From contig CAWFAS010000003.1 of the NCBI GenBank assembly GCA_963813895.1, forward strand, positions 543,914 to 607,913: a stretch of 64,000 nucleotides of DNA, read 5' to 3'. Shown here piece by piece: positions 1 to 10,172 of this stretch. A program made the position numbers and the translations under genes. Positions within the stretch are counted from its first letter, which is position 1; each line of letters opens with the position of its first letter. Source of the stretch: an uncultured Gammaproteobacteria bacterium. GTDB taxonomy: Bacteria; Pseudomonadota; Gammaproteobacteria; JAURND01. The notes under the pieces are model-generated. The model was not told where the DNA came from. It searched no databases and saw only the letters and a list, made by a program, of their open reading frames with translations.

Positions 1-419
1 TGCTGTCTAATTTGTTCTATTGGGTCTGTCATAACGAATTCCTGATTTGTCAATTATTCAGATGGCAACAGCTCCTGCTGCCGATCGCAATGGATGTCAT
101 AAGGGAATCACCCATTTTTTCATTCGGGGAGATTTCTTCTGACAAGAAGAAAAAAATTTGCTTGTTGCCACTTGCAAATGCTATTCACAAAGACTATTGC
201 CTAATTCTAAATTATGCACTATAACCCTCTTCTCTCCTTGCGAGAGATAGGGTAGTTGCGTCATACATCAGTTGAATTAAGGTGTAAATGCTTAATATTG
301 CCTTCTCCCGCAAAGGGAGAGGAATCATAGAATAACTCATAATTTGGAACATGAATTATTTCAGCGAAACAAGATTCAATTTTTTTCCTATTTTGTCATA
401 TACACCAAAATATCTCTAA

Positions 420-821
420 TCACTCTTGAAAAGCATCCTTAATCCAAGAGATTTGCATCTCGCACCCTCCCGACATTATAGCTACAACATCAAATCGACA
501 AGCTTTATCTGCAGACAAGCCATACTCTCTTAGATAACACATAGCCGCCTTAATGAGCTTATGCTGCTTTGTTCGCGTCACCGTTTCTGCCGCGGTGCCA
601 AATATTGAAGGTTTACGACACCTGACCTCAACGAAAACCAGATTTAGACCATCCTGCATCACTAAATCAATCTCACCAAATCGGCACAGGTAATTACGCT
701 TTATCAGGCGTAACCCCTGTCTTTCCAAGTAAATACACGCCTTATCCTCCGCCTGCTGCCCAATAAGCTTCCTATTTTTTAATGTAGCAGTTGCGGTACT
801 CCATCCTGTATTTTTGCCCAT
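420..821 (-). CDS. yraN: YraN-family (UPF0102) putative endonuclease
   Basis: 133-aa ORF of YraN size. Conserved GE.AA..YL...G..I..RN and FGEIDLV..D....VFVEVR motifs. Sits next to an lpoA-like gene as in gammaproteobacterial rsmI-lpoA-yraN loci. Confidence 0.8.
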   Translation of the reverse strand: MGKNTGWSTATATLKNRKLIGQQAEDKACIYLERQGLRLIKRNYLCRFGEIDLVMQDGLNLVFVEVRCRKPSIFGTAAETVTRTKQHKLIKAAMCYLREYGLSADKACRFDVVAIMSGGCEMQISWIKDAFQE

Positions 822-1933
822 CGCAGCTGACGCCTTATATGCTGATCAGAGTCTAAAGAAAGAGTTCCCGTTGCGCCCTTAATAGTAGAACCTAATCGAT
901 AAGTTAGGTGATATGCATCGATACCCATAGCATACAACCTCGGAGAACGGCTATAGGACCCCCCCCATAAGCTCATAATATGCGTGCGCATCTCACTCCA
1001 CTGCGGCGTATCCGGACCCAAAATCCAAGGCATATCACTAAACTGAATACCATCCAAATCACGATCATTTTGTGGATCAGAATTGCCATCAAACACTAGT
1101 GAAGGTGCATAAACTGGAACCTTCCCCCCCGTGTAAAAAGTTAAAAGTGGCATGATTTGCCGCGCCTGTTGCGGGAACCCTACCAAATAGATCACATCCA
1201 TATCCTGACGCGATTTAGGCTGAGAACGCGCAGAACCACCCTTCACCTGCTCGCTGCCCATCACACCAGCCACCCAACTCGTCAAATTAGTCTTCGACTG
1301 ATAGCCATAATTGCCAACAATGCTACCCCCCTGACTTTGCCAATTCTGCACAAATGCTTGATCAATTCCTTGTCCAAAAGCATTGGCGGGATAAATCACC
1401 AAAGCCCGCTGATGTCCATCCTGCCTAGCTCGCAAAGCCCCCTGGTCCGCATCATCTTTTGGAGATAAACCAAACTGATACAGATTTTTAATCCTGCCGC
1501 CATTATCCAATGTGTTTAAAGCTAACGTTGGCACCGGCAGCTGACCCTGAGCCGCCAAAGCCTGCAGATTTTCCTTAGTCAAGGGTCCCACCACAAAATT
1601 AGCCCCCTGCGCAACCGCCTGTTGATACAGGGCGACAATATTTCCACCACTGGTATCCACCACATCCACCGTAGGCGCATTCGCTTGATTTTGTTTAGCA
1701 TAGTAATAAGCCGTCAAAAACCCATTCCGTATCGCCTGCCCACTCGCTCCCACCTGCCCCTGCAACGGCAATAAAAGCGCAATCTTAGTGGGCTTCTGCC
1801 CTGAAGACACACCGCCATTCCCTCCACCCAAGGGAGTATAACTACACGCAGCCAACCAAGCTGTAGTAAATAACAGAAATAAATAACCCAAAATTTTATA
1901 GTTTCGTGTATGCATATAAATTATTTTACTCAA
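779..1933 (-). CDS. LpoA/YraM-like lipoprotein (penicillin-binding-protein activator family, short form)
   Basis: N-terminal signal peptide with lipobox LAAC, periplasmic-binding-protein-like body, synteny with yraN. An alternative start at the Met near 1915 is possible. Family call rests on position and composition, not alignment. Confidence 0.5.
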   Translation of the reverse strand: MSKIIYMHTRNYKILGYLFLLFTTAWLAACSYTPLGGGNGGVSSGQKPTKIALLLPLQGQVGASGQAIRNGFLTAYYYAKQNQANAPTVDVVDTSGGNIVALYQQAVAQGANFVVGPLTKENLQALAAQGQLPVPTLALNTLDNGGRIKNLYQFGLSPKDDADQGALRARQDGHQRALVIYPANAFGQGIDQAFVQNWQSQGGSIVGNYGYQSKTNLTSWVAGVMGSEQVKGGSARSQPKSRQDMDVIYLVGFPQQARQIMPLLTFYTGGKVPVYAPSLVFDGNSDPQNDRDLDGIQFSDMPWILGPDTPQWSEMRTHIMSLWGGSYSRSPRLYAMGIDAYHLTYRLGSTIKGATGTLSLDSDQHIRRQLRWAKIQDGVPQLLH

Positions 1934-2165
1934 GAATTTTTGGAAATAACATTACCGTAATGACCACTATCTAGTCATTCCAATGGCAGGTACTTAAATT
2001 ACGAAGCAGTTTTAACAACTTTGAGAAAGTTTAGAATTTCACTTCCCTTTTTGCCCATTCCTCTTATACAATTCCACACCGCTTGGCAGGATAGCTTATA
2101 CAGGGTGTATAAAATACCATAAAATTATCCCCCAAGCTTTTCTTCTTAGCAGTCCTCATATCAAA

Positions 2166-2242
2166 AGCTGGCATAGCTCAGTCGGTAGAGCAACTGATTT
2201 GTAATCAGTAGGTCCCGGGTTCGACTCCTGGTGCCAGCACCA
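2166..2242 (+). tRNA. tRNA-Thr (anticodon UGU)
   Basis: Cloverleaf readable by eye: acceptor GCTGGCA/TGCCAGC, D-arm GCTC-AGTCGGTA-GAGC, anticodon stem ACTGA/TCAGT with loop TTTGTAA (U33, anticodon TGT, A37), T-arm CCGGG/CCTGG with TTCGA, discriminator A, encoded CCA. The T-loop appears one base longer than canonical in my reading, so the count may be off by one. Confidence 0.85.
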
Positions 2243-2248
2243 GTTAAA

Positions 2249-3424
2249 TCAATGGGTTACAGCAACATCACCCCTCATTACACAAATCCCTGCGGGACTT
2301 TTGCGGGAGCTGTCATTTTTCATCAATGAATTAGCACCTGAATTAACCTCATAAAATCCTCTGATAACACTCAATGCCGGGCCATTCTGCTGCACACACA
2401 CCTTGTTAACCGCTTCAATCAGCTGAGACAATTCTGCTGCAGAATAGTGCGTCGTAATTCTTCCTGACTTATGACCCAGCAAGTCCTGACGATCCTCAAA
2501 ACTGACTCCCGCCGCACGCAATCTGCGACCAAAAGTGTGCTTGAGATCATGAACTCGCATATGCGGCAACTCTGCCCTAACCCGCGCCTTTCTCCACGCG
2601 GAGCGCAGCATCCTGTCTACTGGTTTACCTTTATAAGTAAATACATACTCAGGGTGTGTGCCACGCACTTCCTCAATCACGGATTTAGCAATACTGTTCA
2701 ATACTACTAAACGGTCATCACGATTCTTAACAACTTTACCGGGTATAAGAAATACTGAGCAATTAGGTATTTCAGGAACAGACACCTCCCACTCCCATTT
2801 AAGCAAACAGACTTCTCTATCACGGCAGCCTGTATTTACTGCAAATAAAGCCATATGCCGGAGGTGAAGCGGTAATTCCTGAAAAAACTGAGTCTGTTCT
2901 TCCCAATTAAGTGGAAAAGGCTTACGCGCATCAGGTTCTGGTAGCAACTTGATCTTAGGCGCAACCTGTAACCAGGTAAGTCCATGTTCATCCAGCCATA
3001 CACCAGCTGCCAAGTTGAGGATATGCCGAACCACTTGCAATCCATGGTTGATGGTACGCATTTTTACACCATCTTTTTTCCTGGCACTAATAAATGACTG
3101 CAAAGTCCCGATATGAACAGCCTCCAGAGTCAAATCACCTATATGCTCGTCCAACACTTTGAGATGACCTGCATCATCTCCAATGCTCGCTTTATGCTGA
3201 TTTTCCAGCAAAAATTTAGTAGCTGCCTCCCGGAATATCCGCTTGGGCCTGACTCCATAAACTTTAGCCTGCCTTATTTGCTCGATCCTTCGCGCAAGGT
3301 ACTGCTCCGCTTCTGCGAGGTCGAAAGTGCCAGTGCTCTCGCAAAGTCTGCGCCCGTGTATTTGTTTGTCGATGTGCCATAAGTCTTTACGTTTGTAGAG
3401 ACCTGGCGTTCTTTTGCGTCCCAT
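2249..3424 (-). CDS. int: P4-type tyrosine integrase (site-specific recombinase) of the genomic island
   Basis: 391 aa. C-terminal catalytic region shows R...HxxR...Y (HDLKHTFGRRL ... LLGHKSGRITTHYSAAEL). Lies 7 bp from the 3' end of tRNA-Thr, the classic island-integration arrangement. Confidence 0.9.
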   Translation of the reverse strand: MGRKRTPGLYKRKDLWHIDKQIHGRRLCESTGTFDLAEAEQYLARRIEQIRQAKVYGVRPKRIFREAATKFLLENQHKASIGDDAGHLKVLDEHIGDLTLEAVHIGTLQSFISARKKDGVKMRTINHGLQVVRHILNLAAGVWLDEHGLTWLQVAPKIKLLPEPDARKPFPLNWEEQTQFFQELPLHLRHMALFAVNTGCRDREVCLLKWEWEVSVPEIPNCSVFLIPGKVVKNRDDRLVVLNSIAKSVIEEVRGTHPEYVFTYKGKPVDRMLRSAWRKARVRAELPHMRVHDLKHTFGRRLRAAGVSFEDRQDLLGHKSGRITTHYSAAELSQLIEAVNKVCVQQNGPALSVIRGFYEVNSGANSLMKNDSSRKSPAGICVMRGDVAVTH

Positions 3425-3645
3425 AATTTTTTCCTCTCTTCAGGGGGACGCCCACTACAGGACTTATGATGATCTGCCCAGACGTCTAAATCAAGTCTGT
3501 CAAAAGCAATTGACTGCTTACCTATAGGTATCTCCGTTAAAAGCGGTCGAACTTCAGCATTAAACCGCTTTTTACTCATAGCCAAATAGGCAGGGCAATC
3601 GGGCAAGCGTATATATCGCAATGCCATTAATTCGCTAAAGCGCAT
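3274..3645 (-). CDS. possible AlpA/Xis-like HTH excisionase (prophage CP4-57 AlpA family)
   Basis: Segment ALRYIRLPDCPAYLAMSKKRF...PIGKQSIAFDRLDLDVWAD resembles the AlpA pattern (RLP...G.S..Y.......G.....W...E.D.W). The ORF overlaps the integrase 5' end by ~150 nt in another frame, so the 3' part may be spurious. Confidence 0.35.
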   Translation of the reverse strand: MRFSELMALRYIRLPDCPAYLAMSKKRFNAEVRPLLTEIPIGKQSIAFDRLDLDVWADHHKSCSGRPPEERKKLWDAKERQVSTNVKTYGTSTNKYTGADFARALALSTSQKRSSTLREGSSK

Positions 3646-4097
3646 GAAAATTCCCCATGATGATTTTTTAAAATACAAATTGTGAGTGACATTTCTGCAT
3701 ATGTGTGTGAAACAAAAATCTCACTCTCAAACCATACAAATTTATAGATGTATATTGCATTCCATAAGCTGAACATCACATTTCTTTTATTTTTAAATGG
3801 GATAAAAGTAAAAAATATTTTTATCCCACTCAAAGCTTTGCCCTTCATAAATATACTGCAATCAACTCAGCAATAACGGGAATTAATCTAAAGCATAAAC
3901 TCACTACATTTGTAGCGAATTTCTCACCTAATTTATTGTTTGGTAGGAGTCTGTTCATATTTACAAATTAAATTTGCCCGATATCATTAATAGGCGGGTA
4001 GTGGTAACAATGTTAATTGAAGCACTGCCAATTAGTGAGTGGCCATTGATTTGGCTATAGAGCGTGAACTTGGTAATTGAAAGGGGAAAGAACAGAT

Positions 4098-4121
4098 TTG
4101 GAACTTCCGCAGGAAGCTGCG
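4098..4121. other. perfect 10-bp-stem hairpin ACTTCCGCAG-GAAG-CTGCGGAAGT in the int-proximal non-coding region
   Basis: Read directly. No T-run, so not an obvious terminator. Confidence 0.4.
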
Positions 4122-4279
4122 GAAGTCATAACTCTTAGCAATTGTTAGCTCTAAGGACAGCCATTTGTTAAAAATTACACCTAGAATCCGCCGTTTCCTC
4201 AACTCCTTTGCTGTCTAGCTGTTCTTAATTTCTGATGTACACCTTAATTTGTGCCTAAGCACATTATCTGATGCACTAT

Positions 4280-4330
4280 AAAAGAATAATGGCTAGCATG
4301 GCTGACATTTTTAACAGATTGGGTGGATAC
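4280..4330 (+). repeat. ~47-bp sequence (ATAATGGCTAGCATGGCTGACATTTTTAACAGATTGGGTGGATA) repeated imperfectly at 38437-38483
   Basis: Direct comparison of the two stretches shows ~80% identity. Here it is the start of a 70-aa ORF (MASMADIFNRLGGYP...); the second copy is truncated after 13 codons. Confidence 0.6.
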
Positions 4331-5515
4331 CCCCCCCAAAGTGAAGATGCGCAAAGGTTATGGATGCTTAATATATCTTTGATAAGCAAAAAAAACAGGG
4401 ATGGACGAGGAAGAATGATGCAGCAATGGGCAGATTATTTGGATGGATTGAAATTTCAACTAAAGGAGTCATCCTCTGTCTGACCAAATAAAATAGAGCT
4501 CTATAATAGACGCCTAACTTTTTGGTCGGCACTTGAGAATTGCAGCGAAGACCAATAAGATTTAAAACCAACGAATACAACGCGCATTCTGCCGCCAAAA
4601 TTTCCAATTTATCGACCATCGTTAATAAGATTTGTGAACAAAATCAATTGCCCGCTTTGATTAATTGTGAAGATAATCTAATTATTTTGATATCTGCTGT
4701 CCCACCAACCAATTCCGTACTTTAGCAACGGTTTGTTTTTCAGTGTAATTACCAGGTTAAGGAAAAAATTATTCCTAAGGTTATTCACGCAATCTGTAGA
4801 CAACATCAAAATATTTCATAACCTGCCAAAAGCGAGTCTCAAGTTAGTAACTTAATCTTCAGGCTTATGAAGTTCTTTCCTATATATCGGTATGGCGGGA
4901 GGAGCTTGGATTGCTAATTTTATTATAGAGCCAACTATTGTTACCACAATCACCTCAATACAACCATTGATAATAATAACTTCTTTTAATTTTGTTGTTG
5001 TCAAAACCATCATTAAGTCACCAAAATAGTTTTTAATTTCATTATTTTTTTACTTCCAGTGAGGCAAATCGCTCTGGTGATATTGAATCGTCTAAAAGTG
5101 GTTGCCAGAGACTTCCAGATTTTTTATCGAAATTTTCATCAATAATAATATCGCCATCTTGTTTTTCTTGATTATCTTCTTCAGATTTATCTATTTTCAT
5201 CAGCTTAATAATAAAATTCTCTAAACATTAATTAACCATAATCTTTTATTTTGTCATGGCTAATTAAAAATAAAAATGTAATTTTTGGGAAAAATTACCT
5301 TATTTTTCTGAAAAATATTTGCACACAGTGACAAAATCATCGATCGTTAAATTATTTTTATAGTTACAGAGTAAAAAATCAGAGTTAGAAAAATTTTTAA
5401 ATATAAAGGAGATAATTATTAATAGTTATTGAGAAATAAACGATGAAATAATGCTTGTGGGGAGTATTTGGTTGATGAAATGATTTTGGGATTTTTATTG
5501 TGAGAGAGGGTGAAT

Positions 5516-6172
5516 TTATTCACTATCCAATAGAGGAATCAATCCTAATGGCCCTTTTTCAGAGTCAAAAAGAATGTCAATAAGCCGTTCAATTTTTTTA
5601 ACTCCTAATTTTTTCATGCCATGATATTTTTTGTTTGCAACTGTTTTAGGGCTGATGCATAAACCTTCTGAAATTTCTTCGTGTGTTTTACCCTGAGAAA
5701 CCATTAAAAGTACTTGATGCTCAATTTCTGTTATATTACGAAGATGGCCGGAAATATTTTTATCCATAAGATATTGCAATAATTGATAGGCCAAATCTGG
5801 TTGCACATAAACGTTTCCATGATACACATTTTTAACGGCTTCCGTCCCAGAAAAATTGGAATTTTTACTCATGATTCCTTTGGCGGGCGTGTTAAGCAGG
5901 CGACTCAAAGAAAATAAGTGGCGACTTGCTGATATGAAAATAATTTTAGAATCTGGAGCTTTTCTGCAGATAGAACGACATACTTGGATTCCTGGCATGT
6001 CGGGCAAATATAGATCAAGAATAATAACATCAGGCTGTGTTTCAAGCACCAACTTGATTCCGCTGGCGCCATCGCATGCTTCGCCAATGATTTCAATTTC
6101 ATCATCAGCCAAAAAACTTCTAACACCGAGGCGGGATATTTTATCATCATCTATAATTACTACTTTTATCAT
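5516..6172 (-). CDS. response regulator, receiver domain + LuxR/GerE-type HTH (NarL/FixJ family), orphan
   Basis: N-terminal VVIIDDD...ILDLYLPDM receiver motifs. C-terminal LuxR-type HTH (EISEGLCISPKTVANKKYHGMKKLGV). No adjacent kinase. Confidence 0.7.
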   Translation of the reverse strand: MIKVVIIDDDKISRLGVRSFLADDEIEIIGEACDGASGIKLVLETQPDVIILDLYLPDMPGIQVCRSICRKAPDSKIIFISASRHLFSLSRLLNTPAKGIMSKNSNFSGTEAVKNVYHGNVYVQPDLAYQLLQYLMDKNISGHLRNITEIEHQVLLMVSQGKTHEEISEGLCISPKTVANKKYHGMKKLGVKKIERLIDILFDSEKGPLGLIPLLDSE

Positions 6173-6214
6173 TGTTTATACTACGCTATAAATTTAATAA
6201 CTTAATATTTGGTT

Positions 6215-6529
6215 TTATTTAATTTCACACCTATTATCAACTTTTTTGTTTCTTCGACTGTGGCGTTTTATAAATAATTCTGTAAAGTCTATCATTTCTT
6301 GACTAGGGCTATCATTGCCTAGTTCTTCTAACAATTGAATTGCAAGATAATTAAAGTATTGCGATTTTGACATATTAACTGGCCTAGGAGCATTTTGTTG
6401 CGCTACGCCATAGTATTTAATAAATTTTAGCTCTATATTGCGCTTATCCGCTATCTCGGGCATTAAATTTCTGGTTATTTCCGCTATATTTTTTTCCTTA
6501 GAGTTAATAAATAAATATGTCTCTGGCAT
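6215..6529 (-). CDS. small hypothetical protein, paralog of 6587-6907
   Basis: 104-aa ORF. Shares a ~40-aa C-terminal block with the neighbouring 106-aa ORF (..NMSKS.YF...AI..LE..GN..PSQ.EID..EL.IKR.S.R), i.e. a tandem duplication. Confidence 0.45.
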   Translation of the reverse strand: MPETYLFINSKEKNIAEITRNLMPEIADKRNIELKFIKYYGVAQQNAPRPVNMSKSQYFNYLAIQLLEELGNDSPSQEMIDFTELFIKRHSRRNKKVDNRCEIK

Positions 6530-6586
6530 CTAACGCAATACACTCATATAATTTTGCAAAGGCTTTAAGATAATTAATGATAAATT

Positions 6587-6907
6587 CTAGGCAGCTTTAG
6601 AAACCGCACTAATGCCCGATGCTGTCCGGCATGCCTGCATAAAAATAGGTTTAGTTGACTTTCGCAGGCTATAGCGCTTAATGTTCAATTCGACCATATC
6701 AATTTCAACTTGCGATGGAAACTTGTTGCCCATTTGTTCTAATATCGAAATAGCTGTACAAGTAAAATAAATTGATTTACTCATATTCTGCGGTTTTGGT
6801 TGCTGCTGTAGAATATTTAAGAAATGCTTCATTAATACACTTTCGAATTCCGCAGAATTTTTAGTTATTGCTCCAATTTGCTTGGCTTGTAGATTCAGAC
6901 TTTTCAT
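6587..6907 (-). CDS. small hypothetical protein, paralog of 6215-6529
   Basis: See 6215-6529. Confidence 0.45.
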   Translation of the reverse strand: MKSLNLQAKQIGAITKNSAEFESVLMKHFLNILQQQPKPQNMSKSIYFTCTAISILEQMGNKFPSQVEIDMVELNIKRYSLRKSTKPIFMQACRTASGISAVSKAA

Positions 6908-7105
6908 AATGACCTCTTAACTAATTTTGCTAATTTTCCAGGATTGTAAAACTCAAGAAACATCCTTACTTCTGGCTTAAGATAGCCTTAAGTGCTGATA
7001 TGATCGCTTATATTTGGTTAGAAAAAAATTAAGAGATTTGCCTGATTTTAAAACATTCTTTTTTTGCGCATAAAAAAATTAGGATTTTATGGAGAAAGGA
7101 AGCCC

Positions 7106-8539
7106 ATGATTAATAACAAAAAACAGCCGCGCGGCTTATATCTATTATCTTTTTTAGAGATATGGGATAGGTTTGGATATTATGGCATTCAGTCGATATT
7201 GGTTCTTTTTTTGACTAAAACCATGCTAATGGCTGATGATTCTGCTTATGCTCTGTATGGTATTTATACAGCATTGGCGTTCAGCACACCTTTATTAGGC
7301 GGATACATTGCAGACCGTTTTTTGGGGTACCGAAAGGCAGTAGCATATGGATTGACATTGCTAACTATTGGTAATGCCTTATTATTTATCGAAGGAGCGC
7401 ATACTTTTTATATAGGGTTGTCTCTGGTTATCTGTGGCATAGGTCTTTTTAAAGCCAATAATGCCACACTTCTCGGTTCTCTTTATGAAGCGGGCGATAT
7501 CAAAAAAGAAAAAGGTTTTACTTTGTTTTATATGGGAATGAATATAGGAGCTACATTAGGTCCTGTTGTTTTTGGATTAGCTGCACTTTATTTTAACTGG
7601 AAATATGGCTTCATGCTAAGCGCTTTGGCTAGCGGCTGCAGTCTTGTTTTGTTTGTATTCTTTCGTCAGCTATACAATTCCATTAAACCAAAGACATCTA
7701 AAAAATATCCATTACGATTCTGCGTGGCTTTAATTTGTGCTGTCTTGGGTATATCAGGCCTATTCTATTTTCCGGAGGTATTCAAAGATATACTCTGGCT
7801 CATAGGCATTGTTAGTTTAATTTACTTATTTACAGCTGCGGCAAAACACAGCAAATTTGAAAGAAAATGTATACTGCTGCTGGTTATTTTAGATCTGTTT
7901 GCAATTTTCTTTTTCGCTTGCCAGATACAGATAGGCAGCTCATTAACACTTTTTATAGATCGCCTGGTGAATAAACAGGTATTTGCCTGGACTATTCCCA
8001 CGGCAGCGTTCTCTGCCTTACAACCGATATGTGTTATTATTTCTGCTCCCCTACTGGAACCCATTTGGAATTCTTTGGGACGTTTATTACCTATTTATTC
8101 AGTTATATTACGAGTATTCTTAGGACTGGCATTAGGCGGTCTTAGCTTTGTTTTATTTGCATTATCCGCCGATAGTACTGCATGGCACACTACTATCAAT
8201 TATCCATTAATTGGTGTAGTGGCAGGGAATTTTGTTTTAGGCGCTGGAGAATTATGCATAGGTCCCATTATTATGGCAGCTGTATCTCGCTTTGCCCCTG
8301 AAAGATTACGAGGGCAGCTAATGGGATTCTGGTTTTTATCAATAGCTTTTGCCAGCTATCTGGGCAGTATACTTGCCCAATTTGCAGGGACAGCCAACAT
8401 CAAGTTGACCAACAATAGTACCATTTATTTTCACTCATTCTTAAAAACTAGCCTTGTTACGCTGAGCACCGCATTACTTCTGCTTATTTTCCTGGCTGTA
8501 GTGCGCCGTTTTCCGCTTGCTCAGATAACATCGAAATAA
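7106..8539 (+). CDS. POT/PTR2-family proton-dependent di/tripeptide transporter (MFS)
   Basis: POT signature FLEIWDRFGYYGIQSILVLFLT near the N-terminus and about 12-14 hydrophobic segments. A Shine-Dalgarno GGAGAAAGGAAG lies before the ATG at 7106 (ORF track gives 7064). Confidence 0.85.
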   Translation: MINNKKQPRGLYLLSFLEIWDRFGYYGIQSILVLFLTKTMLMADDSAYALYGIYTALAFSTPLLGGYIADRFLGYRKAVAYGLTLLTIGNALLFIEGAHTFYIGLSLVICGIGLFKANNATLLGSLYEAGDIKKEKGFTLFYMGMNIGATLGPVVFGLAALYFNWKYGFMLSALASGCSLVLFVFFRQLYNSIKPKTSKKYPLRFCVALICAVLGISGLFYFPEVFKDILWLIGIVSLIYLFTAAAKHSKFERKCILLLVILDLFAIFFFACQIQIGSSLTLFIDRLVNKQVFAWTIPTAAFSALQPICVIISAPLLEPIWNSLGRLLPIYSVILRVFLGLALGGLSFVLFALSADSTAWHTTINYPLIGVVAGNFVLGAGELCIGPIIMAAVSRFAPERLRGQLMGFWFLSIAFASYLGSILAQFAGTANIKLTNNSTIYFHSFLKTSLVTLSTALLLLIFLAVVRRFPLAQITSK

Positions 8540-10172
8540 AGCGATTTAATTCCGCTTCCCCCTGCTCAAAACCATGATAACTTGCATATTCATGGGTATT
8601 AATATTCAATTTACTCCATTCAGTCAAAAAAAGCGTCATTGCTTTTGGCTCTATATATAAGCGTTTTGCTTTTTGATAAAGACCAGTTAAACGTAAGGCA
8701 TCTAAAAACCACCAAATATCTTGACTAGATGGATAAGCACCAATGGCGTCAGCATTGTTATTGACCACCAAAAAATCAAATCGTATAGCTAAATCCATTA
8801 ATGCTAAGAATGCCTCCAGTGATGAATCATTTTCTTGCAGCCAAGTTTCCATAGCTTGAGTGCTTAATAATTTATGATTAAAACGAAATTTATTAGCATA
8901 ATGTGCGACTTCAATCTGGTCAGGGATCAAGCCAATTTGCGTGGCTTTTAGATCAATTCTATGAAAAAGAGTAGCAATGGTATACATAATATTATATTTA
9001 TCAATATCTGACTGTTTAAATGCGCTACATACGACAGATTTATTTTTTTCAGGAGAATACTGTAAGCCAATGCGTTTTTTGTAGTAGCTATAATAACCTG
9101 ATAATTGCATCAGATAGACCAAGTAATCCATGCTACTTTTTTCATTATCGCTATAATTTAAACAATTAAGTCGTGTGATAAATTGCTTTAGATCTTTATC
9201 AAAACAATCATTTTCCATTTGCCAGCTTTGCTGTGTGACAATATCTCCCAAACCAAATATACCCTCTGATTGATTTCTTTCTCTTTGAGCAATATTGTAG
9301 GTTATCGTCAATAGGTAGGCCAAACGTTGTGTAAGTAGGTAATTTTTTCCAAATAATCGCGCAATCAAAGCGACTTTTTCTTGAATAGGCAACCAATCCT
9401 TATAAACGATAAAAGGCTGGCACTGCATTGATCGTTGTAGAGTACGAAAATAAATAGTGCGCTCAAGATGGGGTTTATTTTGAGATGGAACAACAGCAGT
9501 ATTTGAATTTCTGATTAACTCCAATAATTCGGCTGCATCCAAAGCTTTTTGATCTATGTAACCTCCCTGAGCTAGCCAGGTTATTAAGCGTTTAATCTCT
9601 TCTTCCTTGAATTTATCAATGTTGCTTAAACAAATTTCTTTCAATGTACGTCGTTGATAAAATGTTTGTTTGGTTAGGTAAATTAAGGTATCTACTGTTT
9701 CCTGATTGACAATAGACTGAGCAAGTGCCGACTCCAGTGTCGCTCGTATATTTACCATAGGGTCTGTAATAACTTGGTAACCTGTAGCTTCAGTACCATG
9801 TAATATAGCCACTTCATCATCATCCGTAAGCTTGCCTGACGCATAATCATAAAAAACTTTTCCAACTCCCCGCATACCATAGCGCTCTAATTCCGCAGCT
9901 CTTAATGCACCCATGCTGGAAGCACCGAATACTTTAATACCTTGTTCCAACGCATATAATATTTCTTTATGCCAGACCGCTGCTGTTTTTTCAAACACGC
10001 CATCAATAATTAAGATGACCTCCGGTTTTAATCGCATGACACGCAAAATATCGCCACATTTTACTGGGGGCAAATAAAACGCTTCAGGCAATATCTCTTG
10101 AGCTTTAGTTAATGGTAACGATGGGCCTAGGAAGACGAATATATTGCAGCTAGGAGGATTTTTAGTATTCAC
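8484..10172 (-). CDS. TfuA-like domain protein with ~330-aa C-terminal extension of unknown function
   Basis: N-terminal ~230 aa match the TfuA core (IFVFLGPSLP...CGDILR...LIIDGVFEKTAAVWHKEILYALEQGIKVFGASSMGALRAAEL..YGM.GVG). It is immediately downstream of, and overlaps by 4 nt, a YcaO gene. Confidence 0.75.
   Translation of the reverse strand: MNTKNPPSCNIFVFLGPSLPLTKAQEILPEAFYLPPVKCGDILRVMRLKPEVILIIDGVFEKTAAVWHKEILYALEQGIKVFGASSMGALRAAELERYGMRGVGKVFYDYASGKLTDDDEVAILHGTEATGYQVITDPMVNIRATLESALAQSIVNQETVDTLIYLTKQTFYQRRTLKEICLSNIDKFKEEEIKRLITWLAQGGYIDQKALDAAELLELIRNSNTAVVPSQNKPHLERTIYFRTLQRSMQCQPFIVYKDWLPIQEKVALIARLFGKNYLLTQRLAYLLTITYNIAQRERNQSEGIFGLGDIVTQQSWQMENDCFDKDLKQFITRLNCLNYSDNEKSSMDYLVYLMQLSGYYSYYKKRIGLQYSPEKNKSVVCSAFKQSDIDKYNIMYTIATLFHRIDLKATQIGLIPDQIEVAHYANKFRFNHKLLSTQAMETWLQENDSSLEAFLALMDLAIRFDFLVVNNNADAIGAYPSSQDIWWFLDALRLTGLYQKAKRLYIEPKAMTLFLTEWSKLNINTHEYASYHGFEQGEAELNRFISMLSEQAENGALQPGK

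Noticed and set aside
12-224. 70-aa ORF at window start
   Set aside because: No RBS, no homology, AT-rich non-coding-looking context downstream of yraN.
1157-1468. 103-aa plus-strand ORF
   Set aside because: Lies entirely antisense within the lpoA-like gene. Its composition looks like frame-shadow of the real gene.
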